Below the pieces are notes generated by a model, which was not told the origin of the DNA, searched no databases, and saw only the letters and a program-made list of their open reading frames with translations. The translations under genes and the position numbers were made by a program. This document shows positions 1 through 11,771 of a DNA stretch of 64,000 nucleotides, piece after piece. Source of the DNA: Octopus sinensis (lineage: Eukaryota); contig NC_042999.1 of NCBI RefSeq assembly GCF_006345805.1, positions 73,408,001 through 73,472,000 on the forward strand, written 5' to 3'. Each line of letters opens with the position of its first letter. The stretch's first letter is position 1.

Positions 1-965
1 TGCCAAGAAAAGAGGGAGGCCGTGGACTTTTACAACTGGCATTGACAATGAAAATTGCCACAACTGGCCTAGACACCTACCTGAAAAACTCTGAGGACCG
101 GATTTTAAAACTTGTCTCAAAACATGAAAACAAGAAAGCATCATACTCATTAATAAAACAGGCAAAGGAATATCTGAGTGAATTCCGAATACAACAAATT
201 CCGAAATTAGACATACGAGAAACAAGCACAGAAAAAGCTAAGCGCATGAAAACCCCTGCTAAAACTGCTGCTTTAGATATTCTGAATGATAAATGGCAAG
301 AAAACCTCTCAATGGCAAATACCCGAAGAGAGCTAATAGTGCCGATGTTAACAAAGCCCTGACCCATCAATGGCTAATGGCCTCTGGCTTAAAATCAGAA
401 ACAGAAGGGTTTATCATAGCAGCTCAAGATCAATACCTACCTCAAGGAACTACCAGGCCAACATATTAAAGAACGGCAGTAGCCCAACATGTGTATGTCA
501 ACAACAAGATGAAACCATTGATCATGTGGTCTCCAAGTGAAGTCTTTTTGCGCCTACAGAGTATCTCAACAGGCACGATAGAGCTGCACAATATATTCAC
601 TGGGTAATTTGCAAAAGCCTGGACTTGCCCCATGATAAAAACTGGTGGGAACACAAACCACCTCCAGTGCTTGAAAATGATCACATCTCACTCCTCTGGA
701 ATTTCGCATTCAAACTGACAGAAAGACAGATGCGAATAGGCCAGACATCATATTGAAAGACTTCAGACAAAACTCGTGCCTCCTTATTGATATGACTGTC
801 CCAATCGATATAAACGCATCTATCAAGACCTACCAAAAATAAGCAAACATAAAGATCTTGAAATAGAAATTAGCAAAATGTGGAACCTGAAGACTAAAAC
901 AATACCTGTTGTCATAGGTGCCCTGGGAATGATAGCAAAATTGGCTTATTGCTGCCTAGCTCAGA
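1..965 (+). mobile_element. 3' portion of a decayed R4/Dong-clade (RLE) non-LTR retrotransposon
   Basis: Broken frames give WLxxSGLKSETEGFIIAAQDQ, RHDRAAQYIHWVIC, RPDIILKD..CLLIDMTVP and TKTIPVVIGALG. These are the C-terminal zinc knuckle and PD-(D/E)xK endonuclease region, with stops and frameshifts. Confidence 0.85.
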
Positions 966-1085
966 GTGTAATTGGTACTTAATTTATCGATCCCGAAAGG
1001 ATGAAAGCCAAAGTCGACCTTGGCGGAATTTGTACTCAGAACTAGCGACGGGCGAAACACCGCTAAGCATTTCGTCCAGCGAGCT
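966..1085 (-). mobile_element. Fragment of the abundant GAGCTGGCAGAA-headed SINE family
   Basis: Reverse complement matches the body at 24172-24540 and 42473-43225 (gtcgactttgcctttcatcctttcggggtcgataaattaagtacc). Confidence 0.75.
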
Positions 1086-1086
1086 G

Positions 1087-1153
<67 letters not shown>
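1086..1153. repeat. (TAA)n microsatellite
   Basis: Perfect trinucleotide run; source of the poly-I and poly-L ORFs. Confidence 0.98.
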
Positions 1154-1155
<2 letters not shown>

Positions 1156-1712
1156 GCCCGGACAATGGCTCTCATGGCTTCTGATCTTAACTGATTGGAA
1201 GTGTTATCATGTACATTGTTTTCTCTTGGTATAAAAGACGGGCTACAGCAAATATTCTGCTCAATAACATAGATTTGTTTGTCAGTTGTTTGACCTTAAC
1301 CAATTGATCATTTCCCTTAGTGGCTGACGATATGTGCATCGCTGATCACGGGCAGAAGCAGTAGGAAGCATCATAGCCATGTGTTCAGAGGGATTCTTTG
1401 GGGTCTGAATAATTCACCTTTGGAAACATGGGTGTTTCATTGAACATCTTTAAACAACCCTTATTCAAGACCCTTTTAAAGCGGGATGGGTTACTCGACC
1501 AGCAGAAAATTCTAACTGGGCCCCACCTGCAAGGTCATGTGCTGTTTATCGTGATATGAGATCTCCATGTCGCGCATATATGGTTGTGATGCATGTGCCT
1601 AGTGTACCCTTATCAGACGGATAGTCATGATGGGTATACTGGGCTTCGTATATTTTACCCTAGTGTCACTTTTATGGCATGCACTGCTCTCTCACTCAAT
1701 AATAATAATAAT
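1154..1712 (+). mobile_element. Non-coding repeat ending in (AAT)n, probably the 3' UTR of an R4/Dong-type element
   Basis: Bounded by (TAA)n on both sides and follows the RLE coding end. Assignment as a 3' UTR is inference. Confidence 0.4.
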
Positions 1713-1809
1713 GGTTTAAAATTTTGCCACAAGGGCAGCAGTTTGGGGGAGGGGCAAGTCGATTACATCAACCCCAGTGTGTAATTGGTACCAACCGACT
1801 TTAAAAAAA

Positions 1810-2220
1810 TTACACGAGCCGCACTTACTACTACTACTACTACTACTACTACTACAACAACAACTACTGCTGCTGCTGTTGCTGTTACTGCTGCTGTTGC
1901 TGCTACTACTGCTGCTGCTACTACTGCTACTACTGCTGCTGCTACCACTGCTGCTGTCACTGCTACTATTATTACTACCCCTGCTGCTGTTGCTACTACT
2001 ACTACTACTTCTACCACCGCTGCTGCTGCTACTACTACTACTACTACTGCCGCTGCTACTACTACTACTGCTACTATAACTACTACTGCTGCTGCTGTTG
2101 CTACTACTACTGGTACTGCTGCTATTGCTCTGCCGCTACTACTATTACCACTGCCGCTGCTGCTGCTGATAGTGACATTGCTGCTGATACTACAACTGCT
2201 GTTGCTGCTGCTGCTAATGA
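1810..2220. repeat. Imperfect (CTA/CTG)n trinucleotide tract
   Basis: Direct; produces the poly-T/A/L ORFs. Confidence 0.95.
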
Positions 2221-4005
2221 TGATAAATGCAGCCCCTGTATGAAGATTAGTGGTTAAAAAATAAATAAATAATAAAATAAAAATAAATAAATAGCATTTT
2301 TTTTTAACTGAAAATTTAATAATAATTTAACTTTACTTAAAAAGAAAAGAAAATTTCGAACAGTACACCGAATCGCTTCTCCACTGGAAGCGCGCCTGTC
2401 AGGAGGCTGTCAGCCTGACGGCGAAAAATTTTCAAATGGCAGAATATCTTCCCCGAATACGAACCTAGAAGGTCACTTAAACAGGATTTGTCCTAAATTA
2501 AGCCCCCAAAGTTCACCCCAACAACTATCACAAAATCAAAAAATGTAAAAGAACTAAATGGAACTGGGGAAAATATAAAGAAATAATATACGCTTATTAC
2601 TTTGCATTAAGTAGGCCAACCCAAGAGAAACACACCGCAAACTCCTACAGAATTTGAAGGGGCCGGAATCCAGCTAGCAGACCAAACCTGGATGAAAACA
2701 GATTAGCAAATGCTAGAAGAAATATCTTCAGAAATACCAGACGCACAGAATTAACCTCTATTAAAAAGTGGTAGAGAATGACCTAAATATAAGTCAGGAA
2801 AGAAATGACGAAGCAGAGGAGAGGAATGTTGGACCACAAGCATTGACTGAAAGGCGACCATCTGCCGAAACCACTCAAGAGCCTGAAGAAAAAGGAAAAT
2901 ATAATGACCCTAGAAAAAACAGCCAGGAAAATGATGTCGAAACAGAATTTGAAGACCACATATTTGCAGAACAACACAGAAAATCTATCATTGAAATGAA
3001 GCAAGAAGTTCTGAATGAGCTTGCAGTTGTAGAGCATGCAAATATGAATGATAGGGAACTACTCCATAAACTTTCAAATGTACACCAACATAAAACACAA
3101 GTAAAAATTGGCAACTGCATTACATAAGAAATCATACAACTAAAACCCGATCTTAATAAGTTAAATAAAATTATTTACTCTGTTGCTAAAGTAATCGAAA
3201 GACGCTGTTTAACACCCAAAAAGTCAACAATACCAAATTCGAAAAGAAAATCAAACTGGAGGAGTAGAATTGAAACTGAAATTGAATCATTGCGAAGGGA
3301 GATATCAATATTAACTGAGCTCATCCCTGGAAATGGTGTAAGATCAAGAAAAGGCAGGAAGATTGTGAGAAAATATGGATTCTAAACAAGAGAAAAACTA
3401 ATGTCAGCGAAAAAAACACTTAAACAAAAATTTCAAGCAAAAGCTCAGAGAATACGCAGATTTGAGAAAAATCAAATACTACAAGCAAAATATGATGTTC
3501 AAATCCAATGCCAAATCATTTTACAGGGAAATAGGGAAAGTAAAAATAACCATTGAAAATCCACCCCTAATGAAAGAAGTTGAAAACTTTTAGAAAGGGA
3601 TCTGGAGTGATGAGAAACCATACAATCAAAATGCAGACTGGGTCAAACGCACCCAAGAGGCCTACAAAAATCTACAAGAACACGTATGGGAAGACATCTC
3701 AATCGCCGACCTAAGGAGGGCACTAACGAAGGATCATAAGTGGTAATCCCCTGGTATTGATAGAGTACCAAATTTCTGGCTCTCATCACTCTCGTCTGCA
3801 CACAAAATGTTGGTAATACTATTTAATAGTATTATGAAAGACCCGGAAAAAACTTCCCATTGGATGGCAAATAGTATTACTTACCTCCTCCCCCAAAATA
3901 ATGAAACCAAAGACCAAAAATACTTCGGGCCTATAACATATTTGTCTACTACCTATAAGATTTTGACATCTATTCTAGTGGAGAAAACATATACGTTTAT
4001 GGAAG

Positions 4006-4038
<33 letters not shown>

Positions 4039-4102
4039 ATTTGGCTCAAAAGCAAATAGCAAGGCCATGTAGGGGGACATGGAGTTAAGTACAGGGTGGT
4101 GT

Positions 4103-6448
4103 TCATGTAAAGAGTTCAGGCCACTTGAGGTCAAGGGAGGCTTTGAACAAAGCGGTCGTCAGCATCTTCACCATCTCGTCTGGCAGCTTGTTCCACGGAT
4201 CCGCAACCCGGACGGAGAAAGCTCCTCTCCTTCGATTGAGATGAAATCGTCGCAGGTAGAGCTTTTCGGAATGACCCCGCAGCCGACGCTCTGGAGCAGG
4301 AGTGAAGAACAGCTCTTTCGAGAGGTTACACTTTCCGCTTATGATGTTGTGGGCGAGAATAAGATCACCACGGCGGCGGCGTTTTTCAAGAGAATAAAGG
4401 TCGAGCGTCCTCAGCCTTTCTTCGTAGGACAAATTTTTGAGACCATGAACCATGCGGGTAGCCAGCTTCTGGACTCTTTCGAGATGCTGTATGTCTTTGA
4501 GGAGATAAGGAGAAGAGGCTTGAATCCCATACTCCAATATGGGTCTCACCAGCGTGACATAGAGTGGTAGGAATATGGCTGCTGTGAGCATTCCGAATGA
4601 CCGTCGAATCAAGAACAGAATTCCGCGTGCTTTGTTGGCAGCATGGACGCACTGGGCCGAAGGCGAAAAGGAGGAATCCACCAAGATACCTGGGTCCTTT
4701 ACCTGATCGGTCCTCTCCAGCAGCAGACGACCCGGCTCGAAATCAAGTTGAGTTGCAGGAGTAGAGCCGACAGGCAGATGACAGCACTTTGACACGTTCA
4801 GACACAGGTCCCAATTGTTAGACCACTTCCAAATTTGGTGGAGGCATCGACGAAGATCCTCTATATTACCGCGAGGAGCGACCAGTTTGATATCGTCGGC
4901 AAATAGAAGGGTGTGTTGCGTGAGGTCGTCGGGCAAGTCATTTATGAAGACTAAGAACAACAAGGGCCCAAGCACTGAACCTTGAGGCACGCCACTGCTC
5001 GCACTGGAGACGTCGGACCGCGAACCATTAACTTGGACTTGGAAGGAGCGATCTGAGAGGAAGGCACCAACCCATCGTACAATATCCGGATGGAAACTAT
5101 ATGCTTGAAGCTTGACAAGCAATAGGCGGTGGTTTACCGAGTCAAAAGCTTTGGCAAAGTCCAATAAAACGATGTCAACAGCATCACTATCATCGAGGAT
5201 GCGCGTCACCAATTCTTCCATTACTAGTAGGTTGGTCAAGCATGATCTCTTCGGCACGAAGCCGTGTTGGGAATCAGAGATAGAGGCTGTGTTTAGGAGG
5301 TGGAGCATCATACTTTTCTTAAGGATGGTTTCGAACATCTTGCTGATAATTGATGATGTAAGGGAAACCGGTCGGTAGTTAAGCGGGTCTTCGCGGCTCC
5401 CTTTCTTGAAAATTGGGCAGATTATCGCTGTTCTCCAGTCTGCAGGTATAACACCCGTCGCCAATGACATATTGAATAGTCGTGTTAAGGGCTCGCAGAT
5501 GACCGGAGCCAACGCTTTGATAACCCGTGGGTGTATGCCGTCAGGGCCGTGACCTTTGTTGACATCGAGGCCTTGAATAACACGTTTGACTTCGTCCCGC
5601 GTGATGACCAATCGAAGCATTGGAGGTACCGATCTATCAAATGGAGGGGGTTCACGACCATCATCTTGTTTGAAAATAGTTGAAAAAGCCTCGGTAAATA
5701 ATTGACTCTGTTGATAAGGGTCCTCAATTGATACGCCTGTTGAGTCTACCAACGTTGCAATCTGGTTGTTCAAGCGGGAATTCCGCTGGACATGGGCAAA
5801 GAAGGTTTTTGGATTGCTACTGGCATTTGCCGCGATTTTGTATTCGTAACTGAAGCGTTCTTTCTTTTCAATTTTCACGGCTCGGTCTCGTTGAGTTTTG
5901 TACACCTCAAAAGCTGCAGTCGAATCCAGATTTTTGAATTCAGCCCAAGCAATATCTCTGAGTCGACGTTCTCGTTTAACCCTCTTCGTCACCCAGGGCT
6001 TGTGTTTCTTCCTCTTGGGAAGCCCAACGGGAACTGCCTGGTCAGTCAAACAGATTACATATGCTTTGAGAGATGACCATAGTTCGTCAACTGAGGACAA
6101 CGTCATCAGGGATCGCCAGTCCAGAAGCGCGGAAGCCTCGGTTAGAATTTCAAGATTAATTGCAGAGAAGACTCTACGTGGCAGCGAAGTAGTCGTGGGC
6201 GTAGAAAAAGTTGTGTGTATGACGAACTTCAGGACCGCATGATCACTCTTGGCAAGAGGGGCGCACACAGATACGTCTGACACTGATCTTGGATAGCGGG
6301 AGAATACCAGATCTAGCATAGATGGCTGCTGCCCAGACCGATGCCTTGTCGGATATTCAACATGTTGCGATAGAAAACAATCTTCAGCCACGTCAAGAAG
6401 GGCCTGGCCGAACCGGGAAGATGTGTTGTACAAATTGATGCGGGCCAA
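4103..6448 (-). CDS. LINE ORF2 C-terminal part (end of APE domain plus RT), 781 aa uninterrupted
   Basis: YRPVSLTS, QHGFVPKRSCLTNL, LDFAKAFDSVNH, GVPQGSVLGPLLF, FADDIKL, and a CR1-type C-terminus (RGHSEKL..FSVRVADPWNKLP). The listed start is not a true start. Confidence 0.92.
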   Translation of the reverse strand: MARINLYNTSSRFGQALLDVAEDCFLSQHVEYPTRHRSGQQPSMLDLVFSRYPRSVSDVSVCAPLAKSDHAVLKFVIHTTFSTPTTTSLPRRVFSAINLEILTEASALLDWRSLMTLSSVDELWSSLKAYVICLTDQAVPVGLPKRKKHKPWVTKRVKRERRLRDIAWAEFKNLDSTAAFEVYKTQRDRAVKIEKKERFSYEYKIAANASSNPKTFFAHVQRNSRLNNQIATLVDSTGVSIEDPYQQSQLFTEAFSTIFKQDDGREPPPFDRSVPPMLRLVITRDEVKRVIQGLDVNKGHGPDGIHPRVIKALAPVICEPLTRLFNMSLATGVIPADWRTAIICPIFKKGSREDPLNYRPVSLTSSIISKMFETILKKSMMLHLLNTASISDSQHGFVPKRSCLTNLLVMEELVTRILDDSDAVDIVLLDFAKAFDSVNHRLLLVKLQAYSFHPDIVRWVGAFLSDRSFQVQVNGSRSDVSSASSGVPQGSVLGPLLFLVFINDLPDDLTQHTLLFADDIKLVAPRGNIEDLRRCLHQIWKWSNNWDLCLNVSKCCHLPVGSTPATQLDFEPGRLLLERTDQVKDPGILVDSSFSPSAQCVHAANKARGILFLIRRSFGMLTAAIFLPLYVTLVRPILEYGIQASSPYLLKDIQHLERVQKLATRMVHGLKNLSYEERLRTLDLYSLEKRRRRGDLILAHNIISGKCNLSKELFFTPAPERRLRGHSEKLYLRRFHLNRRRGAFSVRVADPWNKLPDEMVKMLTTALFKASLDLKWPELFT

Positions 6449-7096
6449 TCGATCGTGGGAGCGTTGAAGTCTCCTAGTACCAAACAGTCATGCGAAGCTG
6501 AAACGAATCTTATCGCTTCGAGTAGATGAGCATCGTCCTGGGGGTCGGCAAGAGGCGGCCTGTAGACAGCCAACACGGGCAGGCAAAACTCAGATAGGCT
6601 CAGCTTGCAATAGACGGCATCGAATTTTGTTGTAGGCTGAGCATTAGTGGGTAGAATACCGCTGGACGGTTTGTGCTCAGACTTAACATACACAGCAACA
6701 CCTCCACCTCGCCTTTTTCCTCTGTCACATCTGAAAAGGACGTAGCCCTGCAGGTGGATTTCTGAGTCCTTTACTGCTGGAGTCAGCCAAGTCTCGGTGA
6801 TAGCTATCACATCAGGGGAGTCACGTATGGCCAGTGTAAATAGTTCACTGAACTTTGGGAATAAGGAGCACGAGTTGGTGTAGACGATGCTGAGCTGTGA
6901 AGTCTGAGGGGCGGGAGTTGGGGAGCAAGCAGAATAAGGGGTATCAGAGATAGCATCGTTGACGGGGGTATCAACTTCACTTCGATTTGCCCTCACATCA
7001 CTTTCCCTGTCAGCACTACAGCATGGGACCAGAGGTAGGACTTGATTATCTGTCCATCTTGGATTCGTAAACCCTTCTCTCCCCTTTGTTTCCTCA
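6424..7096 (-). CDS. APE endonuclease N-terminal part of the same ORF2, frameshifted relative to the RT frame
   Basis: YTNSCSL, PDVIAITETWL, GYVLFRCDR, GDFNAPTIDW; the frame shifts near 6423. Confidence 0.85.
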
Positions 7097-7101
7097 AAGA
7101 G

Positions 7102-7822
7102 AATAACCTCTTTCCCACTGAACAAAAATGATGCAGACGAGGCTCATACGGATGCAAAGATCAGCTCCTAATTAGTCGCATGATCCTTGAGAAGTGCCAT
7201 AACAAGCGCAGAAACCTCAACTCTTCAATGTATTGATTATAAAAAAGCCTTTGACAGCATACCACATTTGTGGATTCTGAAATCGCTGGACATTTTCAAA
7301 ATTTCTCCTGTGATTTCAGATTTTTTAAAGTATAATATGTCACTATGGAACTCGAAGCTCCAATTATATCATTCTAATGGAGTATTGCGCTCAAACAACA
7401 TTAGCATAAACTGTGGCATTTTCCAAGGTGACTCACTTTCACCACTAATTTTCTGCATAGCACTAATACCACTCTCAAGTGAACTGAATAGAGCAGGGTA
7501 TGGCTACAAAATTGACATCAGGAAAATAAGCCATCTATTTTATATGGATGATTTAAAACTATATGGCAAAGATGATGAAGAGCTTGAAGGACTACTACAT
7601 ACTGTGAAAGGATTCAGTGATGATATCGGGATGGAGTTTGGCCTTGAAAAGTGTGCCAAAGCCAGTTTTAAGAAAGGGAAATTGGTAAAGTCAAGTTCAA
7701 TCGAATTAGATGTCGAAACAGTAATAAAGGAACTTGAGCAGGAACAAACCTATAAATACTTAGGAATAAATGAAGGCTCTGGTATCCAGCATGCAAGAAT
7801 GAAAGAGAAGGTTAAGAAGTAA
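7102..7822 (+). pseudogene. Reverse transcriptase core of the R4/Dong element
   Basis: Non-LTR RT motifs as above; TGA replaces the G of EQKGC at about 7128. Confidence 0.9.
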
Positions 7823-9242
7823 TGTTATAGAAGAGCAAACCTGAAGTCTGAGCTGAATGCATATAATAAGGTGTTAGCCATAAATTGCTTAGCAGTCCAA
7901 GTGGTTCTTTATAGCTTCAATGTGCTTAACTGGAATACCAGTGAAATAATGAAAATTGACAGAAAAATCCGCAAGCTACTGACGTGTAATAAGATGCACC
8001 ATCCAAAGGCAGACGTGGATCGTCTTTACCTTCCCAGAGCTCAGGGAGGTTGAGGCTTGATCCAACTTGAACTTACGTACAAAACCACCACAATCGGACT
8101 AGCTAAATGCCTTGAAACAACCAACCTTTGGATGCTAAAACTTGTTGAAAAACATGAAAGACCGAAAACACTTCACTCTATTTTGAAAGTGAGCAAAAAC
8201 TTCGCTACTGATCTCTTAGATACCTACCAGATTGATCAGGTTAAAGGAAATGCGCCAACTGCTGCTGCAAAGAAAATAAAATTAACTGCAAAGACAAAAG
8301 CACATAAAAAATTAGCTAGCAGATGGGAACAGAAACCTCTGCATGGCAAACAAGCTGATGTCGACCAGAAACGCATGCATCAATGGTTACGAAGTTCAGG
8401 GCTTAAAGCAGAGAGGGAAGGTTTCATATTAGCTGCTCAAGACCAAAGCTTATTAACCCGGAACTACCAAGCCAAAGTGATAAAAAATGGAGCTGACCCA
8501 AAATGCCGGTTCTGTAACGATGAGATTGAAACTATCGACCACCTAATCTGAGGGTGTAGAGTCTTAGCACCTGTAGAATATAAAACAAGACATGACAGAG
8601 TCGGCCAGTATTTACACTGGACAATACGTCGACATTATAAAATCAAAACCGTTGACAAATAGTATAAACACCATCCTGAAGCTGTGACTGAGGGAGAAAA
8701 TGTGTCGATTCTCTGGGACTTCCCCGTACATACCGACAAAACTATAAAAGCTAATAAACCGGATATTATTATAAAAGATCAGACTAAAAAGGTGTGTTTA
8801 TTAATTGACATGAGTATTCCTTGCGATCACAATATAGCAGCGAAAGAATTTGACAAGATCAGTAGATATAAAGACTTGCTAATAGAAATTGAAAAATTGT
8901 GGCATCTCAAGGCGTCTACAGTACCAGTGATTGTAGGATCTCTAGGAATGATAAAAAAGAAAGTACTGAAACCTATTTGAAAATGATACCAGGCTTACCA
9001 TCCCTACAGGGAGTACAAAAAATCGTTAACTGGAACGACTCATGTACTGAGAAGAGCATTATCGCTGTGAAAACAACATCCATTCATGAATTTATTTATT
9101 TATTAATTTTTTTAAATACATATTTTACCTGTGAATTTGCGTGTGTAATCTGGGAATGCATACAATGAGCTTCTCTGCCCTGGGTGTATGGAAAACACCC
9201 GGCGAGAAATGAAAGAAAATTTTAAGAAAAGAAGGAAAAATG

Positions 9243-9312
<70 letters not shown>

Positions 9313-9315
<3 letters not shown>

Positions 9316-9990
9316 AAAGAAATATTACAAGTAACTGCAGAATATGTGGAGATGGACAAGAAACAATAAATCATATTATCTCTAGCTGCCCAGTCCTGGC
9401 TAAGAAGGAATACATTCACAGACATGACAGAGTTGGAACCTACATACATTGGAAGCTATACCAACATTATGGAATAACAACAGAAAAAAGATGGTATAGG
9501 CACACACCAGAAAAGGTCACAGAAAACGAGAAAGCAACCATACTCTGGGATATGCCGATACACACAGATAGAGAAATTAAGGCCAACAGACCAGATATAG
9601 TTGTCAGAGACCATGAAGAAAAAAATGCTTTCTAATTGATGTATCAATACCGGCTGATGACAACGTGTCTCTAAAAGAAATGGAGAAACTCTCAAAATAC
9701 AAAGACCTAGAAATAGAGGTAACTAGAATGTGGAATCTGAAAACAGAAACAATTCCTATCATAGTAGGTGCATTAGGCATGATAAAAAAATATTCAGACA
9801 AATACATAACGAAAACACCAGGACTTACAAACACATATAACATACAGAAAATTGCACTACTAGGCACTGCACACATCCTACGCAGAACACTTTCCATACA
9901 ATAACCATCAGAGCATCACAACAAATCACAGCACATACCCAAGGCACACAGAGCTGCGCTCGGTAGTGAAGTGAAAGCACGCTATAAAAA
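9313..9990 (+). mobile_element. 5'-truncated R4/Dong-type 3' fragment (knuckle + RLE + 3' UTR)
   Basis: CRICGDGQETINHIISSC, RHDRVGTYIHW, NRPDIVVRD, KYKDLEIEV, IQKIALLGTAHILR; flanked by (TAA)n on both sides. Confidence 0.9.
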
Positions 9991-9999
9991 TAAAACTAC

Positions 10000-10234
<235 letters not shown>

Positions 10235-11728
10235 GTTTTCCTCCTTGGCATTGACAGAATTATCAGGAGATTATTAGATATTTAAAGAAAGCAGATAGCA
10301 TGGTACCATAGGCTGCAGAGAGCAAGCAAGCCCACTACTCATGCATGACTTCAGGAGTGCCAACAAAACCTGAGTTAAAAGAATAAAAATGATAATGATA
10401 ATGATGCTGATGATGATTGTTTAACGCTGAAAAGAAGAAAAAGAATTAAGTGCTATAAGTATCACACAGTATTCTCTTTTTTCTTTTAAGGAAAATGCAA
10501 AACCAAAGAGGGAAAGGGACAGAGATAATGGACTAAACTAAATCGTAACTAATCTGCACACCCTCTGATAACTCACGGATGGCAATTTGACGATTTCCCC
10601 TCACAACTGCACACACATCTGCTATGTTTGTCTCAGTTCTTTTGGTTGCCGGTCTCCCAGAACGTTCGTCATAACGACATTTTTCGGCTCATACACTCCT
10701 CTCCATACACTTTCTGTCACATTGCGTAGGCCTCTGAGCAGGTATCGCCAAGCTTTTGGCGAAATTTGATGCAGGTTCATGGTCACTGCGACAATCACAC
10801 GCTATACAAATTCCTTCCAAGCATTGCTGTAAACTGTGGAAGTGAACTAGAGCGTTAAAATTTAGTCTGCAGGCACAGCAAAATTTAAGCTCAATCTGTG
10901 CCAAGCGGCTTCACTCTGCGTGCTTTAGTTTCGTTATTATGGCAACAGTCCGGATACTTATTGATCAGGATAGTATGTATGTACGATAATGTGTGAGTGC
11001 GTGTATGTGCGTGTATGTTTGAGTGAAAGAGAGCGAAAGTATCAGACCATGGATGTCAATACAGCTAGAGTATCCACGACGTCGGCAATTCTTTTCTTGA
11101 CATCGTAGCTACGATGCATTCATGATCAACACATCTATAATTTTTTCAAAATTCAAAACACAAGGTGATATAGTCCACTACTGCAATCAACGGCAACGTT
11201 GCTTAAATAAATGCATTTCGTTGATTTGCAGTTGTGCGTTCAATTCCTTTTGCTGATTAAAATTACCTGCGAAGCACCAAAAATTGATTTTCAACAACGA
11301 ATTTACTTCTCATTAAAGGATCAATTTGTACTTCTTTCACTTGAAAATAAAAACACTCGAATTGACCATCGATTCATGACATTGACGGGATTCGGAAAGG
11401 GCAACTTTTTCCATAGCTTTGCTTGAAAAATTCCTAAGAGAAAGACAAGAATTTCATGCATGATGAAATTTATTTTGTAATCAGATAACTGTTAGGATCC
11501 TGTACGTGGTTGTTTGAGATAATAGATATAATAACCAAATTACCTTTAAATGCTGTAGTAAAGCACGTGGAAGCAGTGTTGTAAATAAATAATAAAAAAT
11601 AGATCAGTTCAAATACGCTTGGGACAGATTTGAACTATAAAACTGCTGTTTACAATTCAGAGAAATTCTCGTTTTAGCAATAGTTACTATAAAATATCAA
11701 CAATTATTCCATGGTCGTTCCTGACGAA

Positions 11729-11771
11729 ACGGTGAATGTGTTTCTAACTTGTTGGCTATCATCAGCACCGT
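11729..11771 (-). ncRNA. Minimal type I hammerhead ribozyme fold (stem III degenerate)
   Basis: Minus strand reads ACGGTG CTGATGA TAGC-CAACAA-GTTA GAAA CACA TT CACCGT: 6-bp stem I, intact core, 4-bp stem II. Confidence 0.65.

Larger units (their letters stand above)
4008..7096 (-). mobile_element. 5'-truncated CR1/L2-group LINE (APE + RT), with (TAAC)n tail and AAGAG TSD
   Basis: (TTAG)n at 4008-4037 on the + strand. AAGAG at 4003-4007 and 7097-7101. APE motifs (IAITETWL, RGGGVAVY, VLGDFNAP, LDLVF, SDH) and RT motifs. Confidence 0.92.
2340..9312 (+). mobile_element. Near-full-length decayed R4/Dong-clade non-LTR retrotransposon, interrupted by a LINE at 4008-7096, with a (TAA)n tail
   Basis: N-terminal YKEIIYAYYFAL-like region near 2570 and RT domain 0/1 (PITYLSTTYKILTSIL). 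RT motifs DYKKAFDSIPH, GIFQGDSLSPL, YMDDLKLY and YKYLG at 7187-7822. CRFC..ETIDHLI*GC knuckle and KPDIII..LIDMSIP endonuclease at 8500-8980. Many stops and frameshifts. The 5' boundary is approximate. Confidence 0.88.

Noticed and set aside
949-2243. Poly-I, poly-L and poly-T/A ORFs (mucin-like appearance)
   Set aside because: They come from trinucleotide microsatellites open in several frames on both strands.
2349-2433. HDV-like ribozyme assignment for the R4 leader
   Set aside because: The P1/P2/P3/P1.1 order could not be satisfied; it is kept only as an unclassified structure.
4079-6242. Plus-strand ORFs of 80-163 aa overlapping the LINE
   Set aside because: They are antisense shadows of the GC-balanced RT frame.
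7097-7125. Start codon of the 270-aa APE ORF
   Set aside because: It lies beyond the TSD in antisense R4 sequence; the LINE is 5'-truncated at 7096.
10560-11430. Unique-looking region with several 60-90 aa ORFs
   Set aside because: No motif, no consistent splice pair and no strand preference were found.
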